From an uncultured Candidatus Saccharibacteria bacterium (GTDB taxonomy: Bacteria > Patescibacteriota > Minisyncoccia > Phycocordibacterales > UBA2100): a DNA stretch of 64,000 nt. The translations under genes were made by a program, and so were the position numbers. Position 1 is the stretch's first letter. Every line of letters begins with the position of its first letter. The notes beneath the pieces are model-generated. The model was not told the origin of the DNA. It did not search any database and saw nothing but the letters and a program-made list of their open reading frames with translations. The DNA is taken from contig CAYNRJ010000002.1 of assembly GCA_964399865.1 (NCBI GenBank), forward strand, positions 22,151 through 86,150, read 5' to 3'. Positions 40,139 through 49,927 of this stretch are shown here, one piece after another.

Positions 40139-40828
40139 ATGAAGAACAAAACATCCGTACTTGTAATTGCCGCTCATCCTGACGATGAGGTTTTAGGTTG
40201 TGGTGGCGCTATCGCGCGGCATATCGAAGAGGGAGATTCCGTAACCGTCGTCATTCTTGGTGAAGGAATCGCATCTCGCGCAGGTACGCCCGAGTCAACA
40301 GTGAAAAAGCTCCAGGAGGCGCTCTATAAAGATGCGCACAAAGCAAATACTATTCTTGGGGTAAAGGATCTTATTTTGAAAGGGCTTCCCGACAATCAGT
40401 TCGACAGCGTCCCGCTTCTTTCCGTCGTTCACGAGATAGAGTCCGTGATCCATGAGGTGAATCCGACCGTGATCTATACGCATCATGGAAGTGATACGAA
40501 TGTAGATCACCGTGTTGTCTCTGAAGCTGTTGCTGCGGCTGTGAGACCAATGCCGGATAATGCCATAGAAGAAGTGCGCGCGTTCGAAGTTCCCTCCTCA
40601 AGCGAGTGGAATTTTACGAGACCGCTTTTTAGACCGCAGGTATTCGTAGCTCTTACTGAAAAGCAGTTGAAAAAGAAAATTACAGCAATGAATGCATACA
40701 AGTCGGAAGTTCGCGCATTCCCACACCCACGCTCGCCGGAATATCTAGAATCTCTTGCTCGAGTACGCGGTGGACAATCGGGTACAAATGCAGCGGAAGC
40801 GTTCGAGCTTGTATATAGAAGGATATGA
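40139..40828 (+). CDS. PIG-L/LmbE family N-deacetylase
   Basis: AAHPDDEVLGCGG, D.N.DH, Y.SE...PHPRS, AEAF. Confidence 0.85.
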   Translation: MKNKTSVLVIAAHPDDEVLGCGGAIARHIEEGDSVTVVILGEGIASRAGTPESTVKKLQEALYKDAHKANTILGVKDLILKGLPDNQFDSVPLLSVVHEIESVIHEVNPTVIYTHHGSDTNVDHRVVSEAVAAAVRPMPDNAIEEVRAFEVPSSSEWNFTRPLFRPQVFVALTEKQLKKKITAMNAYKSEVRAFPHPRSPEYLESLARVRGGQSGTNAAEAFELVYRRI

Positions 40829-41463
40829 AGATCACGATACTAGTCGATACTCCGCAGAGTTGGATAGTCCCATACGCGCAAACACTCGAATCAAACCTTC
40901 ATTCGCTGGGGCACGATGCCTCATTGGTGCACGCAGCAAATAAAATAGAGTCAGGCGACATCGCCTTTTTCCTCTCGTGCGAGCGAATTATCCCTGTTTC
41001 CATTTTGAGAAAGAACAAACACAATCTTGTTGTACACGAAAGCGCTCTTCCTAAGGGAAAAGGATGGTCGCCGATGACGTGGCAAGTCCTCGAAGGTAAG
41101 AGGAAGATCCCGGTCACACTCTTTGAGGCAGCAGAGTCCGTTGATAGCGGAGTTATTTACGCACAAAACTCAATAGCGCTTACGGGTAGCGAATTGGTTG
41201 ACGAGCTTCGCGAGAAGCAGGGGAAAGCGACAATTGCCCTCGCCCTTTCGTTTGTTCGCAAGTATCCAGTAATTCGCGGCAAGAAACAAAGCGGGAGGGC
41301 TACGTTTTATCCTCGAAGAAAACCGAAGGACAGTGAGCTTGATCCAAATAAAACAATCGCGGAGCAGTTCGATCTTCTTCGTGTCGTCGATAACGAACGA
41401 TATCCGGCATTTTTCAAATATCGCGGGCACGAGTATGTGCTGAAGATTTCCAAAAGAAAGTAA
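40825..41463 (+). CDS. Second formyltransferase-like protein
   Basis: VVHESALPKGKGWSP, VDSG.IY, RVVDNERYPAFF. Confidence 0.75.
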   Translation: MKITILVDTPQSWIVPYAQTLESNLHSLGHDASLVHAANKIESGDIAFFLSCERIIPVSILRKNKHNLVVHESALPKGKGWSPMTWQVLEGKRKIPVTLFEAAESVDSGVIYAQNSIALTGSELVDELREKQGKATIALALSFVRKYPVIRGKKQSGRATFYPRRKPKDSELDPNKTIAEQFDLLRVVDNERYPAFFKYRGHEYVLKISKRK

Positions 41464-41464
41464 T

Positions 41465-42544
41465 ATGAAAACTCCTGCAATCACCATAGGGAAAAGAAAG
41501 GTGGGGCCCGGGCACCCATGTTTTGTGATCGCGGAAGTTTCTGCAAATCACCATCAGAAATACGAGGAAGCTGAGGCAATTATTCGCGCGGCAAAAGAAG
41601 CGGGAGCAGATGCGGTAAAGCTCCAAACATATACGCCTGATACGATGACGATTGATTCAGATAAAAAATGGTTCTTCTTGGGGGGAAAAGACACACCGGA
41701 ATCTTGGAAGAAAACCAATCTCTACAAACTCTACGGCACCGCATACACACCCTGGGAATGGCAGCCGAAATTGAAGAAGTTTGCAGAAAGCCTTGGTCTT
41801 ATATTCTTCTCGACACCCTTTGATGCGACGGCGGTGGATTTTCTAGATAAGATGAAAGTACCTTGTTACAAGATCGCCTCCTACGAAGCGACGGATATTC
41901 CGCTCCTCAAGAAAATCGCTTCAACAAAAAAGCCCGTCATCATGTCAATAGGCTTTGCTGAGCTCTCTGAGGTCAAGGACTCTATGAAAGCGCTTCGCGG
42001 TGCAGGAGCAAAAGAAATCGCAGTCCTCCACTGCGTGACCGCATACTCCGGAGATCCAAAACCCGAGTTTATGAATTTAAATACTATCCAAGATATCGCT
42101 AAGCGTTTCAATGTAGTAAGCGGATTTTCAGATAACAATGCGGGTATCGAGGCGCCTATCGCGGCGGTGTATGCGGGCGCATCAATAGTGGAGAAGCATG
42201 TGACGCTTGATAGAAAGCTTGGCGGACCTGATGCGCGATTTTCTATAGAACCACAGGAACTAGCGGAGATGGTGCGTGGAATTAGGCGTGCTGAAAGCGC
42301 ACTTGGGAAAGTCCAATACGGTCCTGTAAACGAAGACGAGAAGAATTATAAAAATCTGCGCAGATCTCTTTTTGCCGTCGCAGATATACAGAAGGGCGAG
42401 AAATTTACGGCAAAGAACACACGAGTTATCCGCCCGGCATACGGTCTTCCGCCCAAAGAGTACGATAGAGTTATCGGGAAGCGCGCTGCTCGTAGTATAG
42501 AGCGAGGGGAGCCGCTTACCAAGAAAGACATTACACGCTCATGA
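41465..42544 (+). CDS. pseI: Pseudaminic acid synthase (NeuB family)
   Basis: IAEVSANH, DAVKLQTYTPDTMT, A.TPWEW, STPFD, YKIAS, EKH.TL, C-terminal SAF domain RRSL..IRP..G. Confidence 0.85.
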   Translation: MKTPAITIGKRKVGPGHPCFVIAEVSANHHQKYEEAEAIIRAAKEAGADAVKLQTYTPDTMTIDSDKKWFFLGGKDTPESWKKTNLYKLYGTAYTPWEWQPKLKKFAESLGLIFFSTPFDATAVDFLDKMKVPCYKIASYEATDIPLLKKIASTKKPVIMSIGFAELSEVKDSMKALRGAGAKEIAVLHCVTAYSGDPKPEFMNLNTIQDIAKRFNVVSGFSDNNAGIEAPIAAVYAGASIVEKHVTLDRKLGGPDARFSIEPQELAEMVRGIRRAESALGKVQYGPVNEDEKNYKNLRRSLFAVADIQKGEKFTAKNTRVIRPAYGLPPKEYDRVIGKRAARSIERGEPLTKKDITRS

Positions 42545-44328
42545 CATTTTCCACTCTCAAACGATTCTTTAAAGCATTCCGGCGATACCGGCTTCATATC
42601 GCTATTTTGATAGTCCTCGGTTTCCTTGGCGGGATTCTCGAGGGCGTTGGCATCAGCGCCATCATTCCATTATTTGCGCTCCTTGCAGGTGAAGGTACAG
42701 GTGAATTAAACGCAATCTCCAAGATTATCGTGGGTGCTTTCGATTATTTTCCGTTCCCTTATTCCGCGGAGTCACTTCTCATCATGGTCGTCGTCTTTTT
42801 CGCGCTACGCGCGGTCGTCATGGTCACGTTTAATTACCTACGCGCACGAGTAGGCGCGAGCTTTATGGTGCGTACCATGAACGAAGTTTTGGAAAAAGTA
42901 TTGCGGGCTGAGTGGGGGTATCTCTTGAAGCAACGGCTTGGCTATGCGGAAACGATATTCCTTCGCGATATTCGTCAGGCGTCCGCGTTGCTTGAATCAG
43001 TAAGTCAGGCAGTTCTGGTGTTCACGAACCTCATCATTTATGTCGTTCTTGCCTTCTATATATCGGCTCCAATTACCCTTATTACAACAGTAGCGGGGGC
43101 CGTACTGCTTCTCTTCCTGCAGCCGGTTCGAACGATGACTCGTAAAATTGCTGATGTTGCCTCTACGGCAGAAAAGGGGATGGCTCATTTCATCAGTGAG
43201 CACGTCCTTGGTGTAAAAACAGTCAAAGCAACAGGGACTGAATATGCGGTGTTTAAAAAGGGAACAGGCTTCTTCGATACGCTTAAACGAGTTCTTATCA
43301 GAAGTTCGTTCGTACAATCTGCTGGTAGTGCGGTCGTGCAGCCGCTCGCTCTCATCTTTATCGCCTCCGTCTTTCTCTATTTCCACAATGTAAACGCGGC
43401 AAACCTCGGCGCGTTCCTAGTCCTGGTCTACCTGATCCAAAAAATATTCGTGTACGTCGAAGCAGGGCAGAGCACGCTCCACGCTGTGTACGAAAAATTG
43501 CCGTATGCGACCGCGCTCCTTTCGTTCCGAGACGATTTGGTTGCGCATCAAGAGAAATCATCTGGCACGGAACCATTCTCGTTCTCCTCTGATTTATCGT
43601 TCAAGAATGTTGGATTTGCATACGAAAGTGGCGCGGCAGTCCTGACAAATGTTGATTTCACTGTGCGAAAGGGCGAAATGGTTGGACTCATTGGGCCCTC
43701 GGGTGCAGGGAAAACGTCTGTTGCGGATCTTATTCTTCGTTTCTTTACAGCTACGAATGGCAGTGTCGAGCTCGATGGCGTTCCCGTCGGACAGTTCAAT
43801 CTGAGTGAATGGCGACACAAGGTGGGTTACGTATCTCAAGATCAATTCCTCCTATCGGATACGGTGAAAAATAATATTCGATTCTATGATGACTCTGTGT
43901 CTGATGAGGCGATCGAGCGAGCGCTAAAAATGGCACACTGCAAAGAATTCATAGATAAACTTCCAGAAGGCATCGATACTCTGGTAGGTGAGCGCGGAGT
44001 GCGCCTCTCAGCTGGTCAGCGTCAGCGCATCATGCTCGCGCGCGTTCTAGCGAGAGAGCCGGCGATGCTCATTCTCGATGAAGCAACGAGCGCACTCGAC
44101 AATGAATCCGAGAAGCATGTGCAGCAGGCGATCGATGACCTTCGAGGAAAGGTCACGATGTTCATAATTGCACATCGATTATCGACCGTGACGCACGTCG
44201 ACAACATTCTTGTCCTCAAGGACGGAAAAATTGCTGAGAGTGGATCTCCAGAGAAACTACTCGCTGATACAAATTCGTACTTCTACAAAATGCATCACAT
44301 AAAAGGTGGCGCGGATCTTCTTACCTAA
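42541..44328 (+). CDS. ABC transporter TMD+NBD, MsbA/PglK-like lipid-linked glycan flippase
   Basis: 6-TM N-terminus, GPSGAGKT, LSAGQRQR, ILDEATSALD, IAHRLST. Confidence 0.85.
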   Translation: MTFSTLKRFFKAFRRYRLHIAILIVLGFLGGILEGVGISAIIPLFALLAGEGTGELNAISKIIVGAFDYFPFPYSAESLLIMVVVFFALRAVVMVTFNYLRARVGASFMVRTMNEVLEKVLRAEWGYLLKQRLGYAETIFLRDIRQASALLESVSQAVLVFTNLIIYVVLAFYISAPITLITTVAGAVLLLFLQPVRTMTRKIADVASTAEKGMAHFISEHVLGVKTVKATGTEYAVFKKGTGFFDTLKRVLIRSSFVQSAGSAVVQPLALIFIASVFLYFHNVNAANLGAFLVLVYLIQKIFVYVEAGQSTLHAVYEKLPYATALLSFRDDLVAHQEKSSGTEPFSFSSDLSFKNVGFAYESGAAVLTNVDFTVRKGEMVGLIGPSGAGKTSVADLILRFFTATNGSVELDGVPVGQFNLSEWRHKVGYVSQDQFLLSDTVKNNIRFYDDSVSDEAIERALKMAHCKEFIDKLPEGIDTLVGERGVRLSAGQRQRIMLARVLAREPAMLILDEATSALDNESEKHVQQAIDDLRGKVTMFIIAHRLSTVTHVDNILVLKDGKIAESGSPEKLLADTNSYFYKMHHIKGGADLLT

Positions 44329-44330
44329 CT

Positions 44331-45608
44331 ATGGACGTTGCGAATATAACACTGGGCAATCTCGAGCTTACGAGGATCTTCTTTGCTCTCGTGCTTCTCC
44401 TTGCGGCAGCGCACGGTGTCGGGTATTTCTTCAAGCGTCTCCTCAAGGCACCGAAAGTTATTGGAGAGATCCTCGGGGGGCTTCTTCTTGGTCCCACGGT
44501 TCTCGGATTCTTTTTCCCTGAAGCGTACACATGGACATTCAATGCATTCCCAGGAGAGGGTCAGATCATCTCCCTTATCTATTGGATAGGGCTTGTTCTT
44601 CTCATGTTTATTTCTGGTTTTGAGATCCAGAAATCTGTCAGCGGTGACGATAAGCGAATAATCACGACACTTTTACTTGGCGCCACGACGGTGCCATTTC
44701 TTATTGGATGGTTTGCGCCGAACTTCTTTGATTTCACTCCGTATCTAGGAACAAAAGGGAATATGCTCGCGTTCACTATCGTTCTTGCGATAGCAATCGC
44801 GGTGACGTCGATTCCCGTCATTTCAAAGATATTCATCGACCTTGGTGCGATAGGGACGCGTTTTGCAAAGATAGTCATCGCGACAGCGACTGTGGAGGAT
44901 GTGATTTTGTGGGTAGCGCTTGCGGTAGCAACGGGGCTTGTAGGAGGCGCGGTATTTTCTGTCTCAAGTATTATCGTAAATGTAGGCATTATCCTGGCGT
45001 TTTTTGCAGCAGCGCTGCTCCTTTTCCCAAAGGTGTTCGCATTTCTAAACAAATCTCGTTACAACCTCGTCATAAAATCCTCGGCGACTGGGTACGTACT
45101 CCTCGTGTGTTTTCTTTTTGCCGCGATCGCGAGCTTCCTCAATGTGAATATTATTTTCGGGGCGTTTCTCGCCGGAATCGTGGTTGGTATGGCGAGCGAT
45201 GAACAGGTGAGTAAGGTGAAAGTGCACATACGGGAAATGGGGATGGGATTTTTCGTACCGATATATTTTGCGATCGTAGGACTCAAACTCGACCTCATCA
45301 ATCACCTCGACATCATGTTCTTCCTCGGCTTTCTCGTCTTCGCAGTCATCGTGAAAATGCTCGGAACTATGATCGCCGCGAAATTGGCACGACTTGATAC
45401 TTTCTCAAGCTTTAACTTTGCTGTTGCGATGAACACTCGCGGTGGACCGGGGATTGTGCTAGCGACGGTCGCCTTTGATCTCGGAATCATCAACGAAGGA
45501 TTTTTCTCTGTACTTGTTCTTACAGCGGTTGTGACCTCTCTCGCGGCGGGATACTGGTTTAGGTATGTGCTCGGAAAGGGATGGGGTCTCTTAAAGGGCG
45601 CTGCCTAG
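44331..45608 (+). CDS. Cation:proton antiporter (CPA2 family)
   Basis: P.VIGEILGGLLLGPTVLG, TSIPVISKI, VEDV, FFVPIYF..VG, MNTRG. Confidence 0.85.
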   Translation: MDVANITLGNLELTRIFFALVLLLAAAHGVGYFFKRLLKAPKVIGEILGGLLLGPTVLGFFFPEAYTWTFNAFPGEGQIISLIYWIGLVLLMFISGFEIQKSVSGDDKRIITTLLLGATTVPFLIGWFAPNFFDFTPYLGTKGNMLAFTIVLAIAIAVTSIPVISKIFIDLGAIGTRFAKIVIATATVEDVILWVALAVATGLVGGAVFSVSSIIVNVGIILAFFAAALLLFPKVFAFLNKSRYNLVIKSSATGYVLLVCFLFAAIASFLNVNIIFGAFLAGIVVGMASDEQVSKVKVHIREMGMGFFVPIYFAIVGLKLDLINHLDIMFFLGFLVFAVIVKMLGTMIAAKLARLDTFSSFNFAVAMNTRGGPGIVLATVAFDLGIINEGFFSVLVLTAVVTSLAAGYWFRYVLGKGWGLLKGAA

Positions 45609-45615
45609 GTTTTTC

Positions 45616-46131
45616 TTAAAGGCTGAGAAATTCTGTAAGTTTCTCAATGCCTTGCTCGATACTGACTTCGTTTGTCTTTATTGTTATCTCGGGATTAATC
45701 GGTTTTTCGTATGGATTTTTATCACTCATGCCGATGAGGTCGTCTTTCTCACCCGCTTTCGCTTTTGCATAGAGTCCTTTTGTATCGCGTGCGATACAGA
45801 CTTCGAGGGGGCAATCGATAAAGACTTCAATGTAGCCTTCCCCGATTATTTGTCTTGATCGTGCTCTATCTTCCAAGAAAGGTGAGATGACGGAAACAAG
45901 TACGAAATCATTCGAGGCAGCTTTTTCTTTCGCATATTCTGCAATGAGTCGGTTGTTCTCGCGAATATCGTCGCGAGAGAATCCGTGTTTGTGTCCGTGC
46001 ATCTTTCGCACTTCGTCGCCATCGAGCAAGTAGGCTGACTTTTCGATTTTCTTCAAGGTAGTGTGGAGAGCGTTTGCAAGCGTTGATTTGCCTGAGCCGC
46101 TTAAACCTGTGAACCACAACACTTTTCCCAT
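45616..46131 (-). CDS. cysC: Adenylyl-sulfate (APS) kinase
   Basis: WFTGLSGSGKSTLA, LDGDEVR, ISPF, RDTKGLY, PYE.P. Confidence 0.9.
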   Translation of the reverse strand: MGKVLWFTGLSGSGKSTLANALHTTLKKIEKSAYLLDGDEVRKMHGHKHGFSRDDIRENNRLIAEYAKEKAASNDFVLVSVISPFLEDRARSRQIIGEGYIEVFIDCPLEVCIARDTKGLYAKAKAGEKDDLIGMSDKNPYEKPINPEITIKTNEVSIEQGIEKLTEFLSL

Positions 46132-46134
46132 GGA

Positions 46135-48393
46135 TTATTCTACAAACACTTTCTTCCCTTTTTTAATCAAGTCGAGAATTAGCTCTGAAATCTCAGGTCG
46201 CATGAACCACTCCGGAAGCTTTTTGCCCGAAAGGAGAGTCTTTCTCGCTTCAGTTCCGCTGATGTGTAGCTTTTCACCCTCGTTGTGTTTGGAGGTGTCG
46301 TCAGCTTCATGCACGTGCCTACGCTCCTTCTCTGAATAAAAAACGTGATTGAACTTTACCGGTACAATTCCAAGATCTGGGAATTTCTCGAAGATATCGT
46401 GAGATGCGGTCGGGGCGTAGAAATTACCTACGCCAGTGTGATCGCGGCCGATAATAAAATGACTGCATCCAAAATTCTGCCGACAGATCGCAGTAAACAA
46501 TGCCTCGCGCGGACCAGCGTAGCGAGAGAACGTCGCGTATGTACCAAATACGGCACTGTGTTTACGATAAAACTGCTTCATCATAAGCGCGTATGATGCG
46601 ACAATCGTCTCCGCTTCAAAGTCACCTTTTTTCTTCTTTCCAACAATAGGATGAATAAAAAGTCCATCAGCAAAGGATCGGCGTAGGGCCTCGAGTTGGA
46701 TAAACTCGTGTCCCCTGTGTATTGCGTTTCGTGTATGGAAGGCAACTATCTTTGCCCAGCCGCGATCAACGAAGAGTCGGCGAGATTGTCTTGGGGTAAG
46801 TTCGTAGCGTTTTGTTGGAGAATCAAAACGTTTGAGAAGAGTTATTTTTCCAGCAAGAAAGAGTGGCTTCATTGTTAGCGCTTCGGCGACACCGGGGTGA
46901 GCTGGGTCTTTCGTACCGTACATTTTCTGAACGAATTTTTCCCTGTCGTACGTATATTTTTCTTTGAGATGAAGTATGCCGACCGTCTCTCCTTTTTTAT
47001 TCGTAAGAGCCACGTCCTGCTTTAGTTTCATTTTCTTTGCTTCCTCCTCACTGGCATCCAAAACAATCGGCATAGGCCAAATGACGCCGTTTGCGAGCCG
47101 CATGCGAGAAAGCACAGATTCAAGGTCTTTTTTACCAAGGAATCCTTCAAGTGGACTGAACGTGCCGATCGCGATCTGTTCGATATCCATGTGCTGTTCG
47201 TCGGTAATCTGAAGAGTATGCAATCCCTTCTTTGGAGTGTAGGAAGAATCCGCTACCCTATCGACGAGAACGCCGCCATTTGGCTCTACCAACGCTGATT
47301 CACTACTTCCGGAGAGCAGGTAGTCGCCTGTATCAAGCTGTTTTACATACGGAAGACCAACTGGGCGAACTTTCGCAGGGACGAATCTTTCCGCCTGGTC
47401 AATCAGTTTATTGATCGTTGTAATAACTTCGATCGGGTATTTGCCTATAGCGGTTTCCGCTGCGAGCGTGAGTCCATATGCACCATCAAGAATTGTTTGG
47501 ATAACATCGTGTACTTCCGCTCGAGTCGGATTCTTCTTTTGTACCATTGATTCGAGCAGGTTCGTCGCAACGAAGACACCTTTTTTCTTTTTACGCGCTC
47601 TGTCCATGACGATCTTTTGTGTGAAAGGTATGCGCTCGATCGGGACCTCACGGCTCAAGTCTCCGCGGTCTATGAGGAGGAAATCAGACTTATCGATGAT
47701 CTTATCTAGAGATTCGAGTGCTTCGACGCATTCGATCTTGGAAATTATTTTCATGCGATTCTTCGACACCTTACGGACGAGGTCGACTGTTTCCGGGGAA
47801 CGAACAAACGACACAGCGATATGCTCGACCCCTTCCTTAAGAGCGATCTGTATCGCTTCAAGGTCTTTCGGCGAAAGGGCAGGGAGGTCGTATTTCTTCT
47901 TTGAAGCAGAATCGATGACGACACCCTTATTCATTCCCATCTGACCGCCTGTGATCGCTGACGCGACTACATAACCGTTTGTCTTGAGTGGCGAAATATC
48001 CAGCACCCGAAACACCAGCGAGTCGAAATCTACATAGATAAGGTCGCCTTCCTCCAATTGCGTAACGATATTCCCCGGTCGAAGCGACATGCGAGTTTTA
48101 TCTCCCACTATCTCTTCTTTATAAATATTGACGATATCGCCCTCTTCAATCGAGACTTCTCGATTTGCTATTGCGCCATTACGAACCTGAGAGCCTTCAG
48201 TGTCGAGAATGAATGGAACGCCGACCTCGCGTGCCATTTTCATAAAACGTCGCTGGTCTTCTATGCTCGAGTGCGACATATTTACACGCACGAAATCGAC
48301 TCCGCGGTCTTTAAGCATTCGCAGGCTCTCCTCTGTGTTAGTGGAGGGTCCGAGCGTGACGACTATCTTTGTTTTTGTAGAATGTTTCCCCAT
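46135..48393 (-). CDS. sat: Pyruvate kinase-like domain fused to Sat-type sulfate adenylyltransferase
   Basis: aa ~1-335: TKIVVTLGP, RVNMSH, SFVR, SKIE, RGDL, ATNLLESM, PTRAEV.D, AETAIGKYP. aa ~365-752: FSPLEGF, WPMPI, FHTRN.IHRGHE, RYAGPREA, HFIIGRDH, ISGTE.R, WFMRPEI. One continuous ORF. Confidence 0.88.
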   Translation of the reverse strand: MGKHSTKTKIVVTLGPSTNTEESLRMLKDRGVDFVRVNMSHSSIEDQRRFMKMAREVGVPFILDTEGSQVRNGAIANREVSIEEGDIVNIYKEEIVGDKTRMSLRPGNIVTQLEEGDLIYVDFDSLVFRVLDISPLKTNGYVVASAITGGQMGMNKGVVIDSASKKKYDLPALSPKDLEAIQIALKEGVEHIAVSFVRSPETVDLVRKVSKNRMKIISKIECVEALESLDKIIDKSDFLLIDRGDLSREVPIERIPFTQKIVMDRARKKKKGVFVATNLLESMVQKKNPTRAEVHDVIQTILDGAYGLTLAAETAIGKYPIEVITTINKLIDQAERFVPAKVRPVGLPYVKQLDTGDYLLSGSSESALVEPNGGVLVDRVADSSYTPKKGLHTLQITDEQHMDIEQIAIGTFSPLEGFLGKKDLESVLSRMRLANGVIWPMPIVLDASEEEAKKMKLKQDVALTNKKGETVGILHLKEKYTYDREKFVQKMYGTKDPAHPGVAEALTMKPLFLAGKITLLKRFDSPTKRYELTPRQSRRLFVDRGWAKIVAFHTRNAIHRGHEFIQLEALRRSFADGLFIHPIVGKKKKGDFEAETIVASYALMMKQFYRKHSAVFGTYATFSRYAGPREALFTAICRQNFGCSHFIIGRDHTGVGNFYAPTASHDIFEKFPDLGIVPVKFNHVFYSEKERRHVHEADDTSKHNEGEKLHISGTEARKTLLSGKKLPEWFMRPEISELILDLIKKGKKVFVE

Positions 48394-48396
48394 AAG

Positions 48397-48403
48397 CCCC
48401 TCC
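48397..48403 (-). promoter_or_regulatory. Shine-Dalgarno-like GGAGGGG before the PK-sat start
   Basis: Minus strand acGGAGGGGcttATG. Confidence 0.45.
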
Positions 48404-48538
48404 GTGTTTTCGTGGCCTCTTTATCGAGGTCAGCTTCTCTTGCTTGCTAGCGAAATATACTACTAATTACGCCATAAATCTACGTTCGTGTCGCCTCGGC
48501 TTCCTGCGATGGTCTCGTGTGATAGTCTGTACAACTGT

Positions 48539-49927
48539 ATGGATTTCTCCCGTACGGATACTCAAAAATCGAAGAAAGTCGCCCTCTTTGCTCATAATTG
48601 GCACTGGCTCGTAATGAATGAGCGGGTAATGGATGAACTTCGCGAACACAATGTCGATTTCTCTCTTTTTATCTTGCGACATCCGGACAATGCTTACTTT
48701 GACCGCCTCAAGGCGGCGCAGCAAAAATATCCGGCCCTCTCAGGATTTAAGAAGGGTAGTTTTGAAACAGCACTGGTTCGATTTTTCGCACACATTCCAT
48801 TCATAGGAGAGCTCGCGAGTGCGTATCTGGTCTACAGGCACGCGCGCCGCTTTCTTAGACTAAGCGAGGCACGTGCTCTTATCATCACTGATGACCGCGC
48901 ACTATTTTATCCGCTCGCCGCACTACGTGCAGCGGCGTCTCTAAAAATTCCAACAGTCCTTTTCCCCGCAGAAACTCTCATGCTCGTTTCGGGGCTCGAA
49001 CAGGATAAAGCGGCGAGTATGTCAGGGGAAACATTCCTTAGAAAATTCACACGCGACATAGTCAAAAAGCATTATCCGAAGAGCGTACGAGTCGTTAATG
49101 GGCGCGAGGCACATTTTTATTCCCCACGTCGTGTGTTGCCCTTTCTTTTTTGGCCATCATTTCTTCCAACAAACCCCTGGGTGCGAGGATCTAACGAGGC
49201 CCTCTCACTCGTTGCGGTGAATTCAAAGGCGCAGTTCGAAGAGAACGCAATATACGGAATTCTCCCGGAAAGGATGAGCGTTACTGGATTTCCTCCACAC
49301 GATAGTTTTGTCGCCAGCACTAAGGCCGATAAAAATAAAATTCGCACCGCATTCGCGGAGGAGTTTAATGCACCAAACGAGTCGAAGGTATTTCTAGTTG
49401 CTGGGACGCATTTCAGAAGCGTATATGATGCGAGCGAGCTTCCTGCGGTTGAGAGAGAGGTGAAAGAAGTATTCCAGAAACTTTGTGAAAAGATCCCGGA
49501 AGAATATCTTATGGTGGTGAAGCTCCACCCCAATACAGAGGCAAAGCAGTGGATTGATTATTTTGGAAAACAGAAACGAAGAATTGTGTTTGTGCACCGC
49601 GAGTGGGATGCGTATCGACTATTGGCGATTGCGGACTCGGTCTTTATGTTCGCGTCATCTATTGTGATGGCAGGGCTCGCGACGAATGTGCCGATCTGGG
49701 CTTATAAATTACGACTCCCGAGTTTTGAGGCCTTTTTCAAACCGTACCGCTCGATCACTCTTCTAAATGACGTTGCCTCTCTGGATCGCGAGCTCGCAAA
49801 GTTCACCGGAGTGCTTTCGTCAGATATGCGCGAGAAAAGAGAGAAAGACAGAGCAGAGCTCGGCATGTTTGATGGAAAGAGCGCTGCACGTTTTTACGCT
49901 ACGTTGGAAAAAATTCTTACAGCATGA
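48539..49927 (+). CDS. GT-B fold TagF/TagB-like or sialyltransferase-like protein
   Basis: VTGFP.HD, VKLHP, SSI..GL; directly upstream of the neuA/B/C block. Confidence 0.55.
   Translation: MDFSRTDTQKSKKVALFAHNWHWLVMNERVMDELREHNVDFSLFILRHPDNAYFDRLKAAQQKYPALSGFKKGSFETALVRFFAHIPFIGELASAYLVYRHARRFLRLSEARALIITDDRALFYPLAALRAAASLKIPTVLFPAETLMLVSGLEQDKAASMSGETFLRKFTRDIVKKHYPKSVRVVNGREAHFYSPRRVLPFLFWPSFLPTNPWVRGSNEALSLVAVNSKAQFEENAIYGILPERMSVTGFPPHDSFVASTKADKNKIRTAFAEEFNAPNESKVFLVAGTHFRSVYDASELPAVEREVKEVFQKLCEKIPEEYLMVVKLHPNTEAKQWIDYFGKQKRRIVFVHREWDAYRLLAIADSVFMFASSIVMAGLATNVPIWAYKLRLPSFEAFFKPYRSITLLNDVASLDRELAKFTGVLSSDMREKREKDRAELGMFDGKSAARFYATLEKILTA

Noticed and set aside
39451-41463. Methionyl-tRNA formyltransferase (fmt) calls
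   Set aside because: Both ORFs are shorter than Fmt and embedded in the Pse block; sugar formyltransferases are more plausible
45616-46131. Campylobacter-type phosphoramidate pathway (Cj1415 is CysC-like)
   Set aside because: No glutamine kinase or associated genes seen, and the adjacent Sat domain supports a true APS kinase
45616-48393. Assimilatory or dissimilatory sulfate reduction
   Set aside because: No cysH, cysIJ, aprAB or dsr genes in the window
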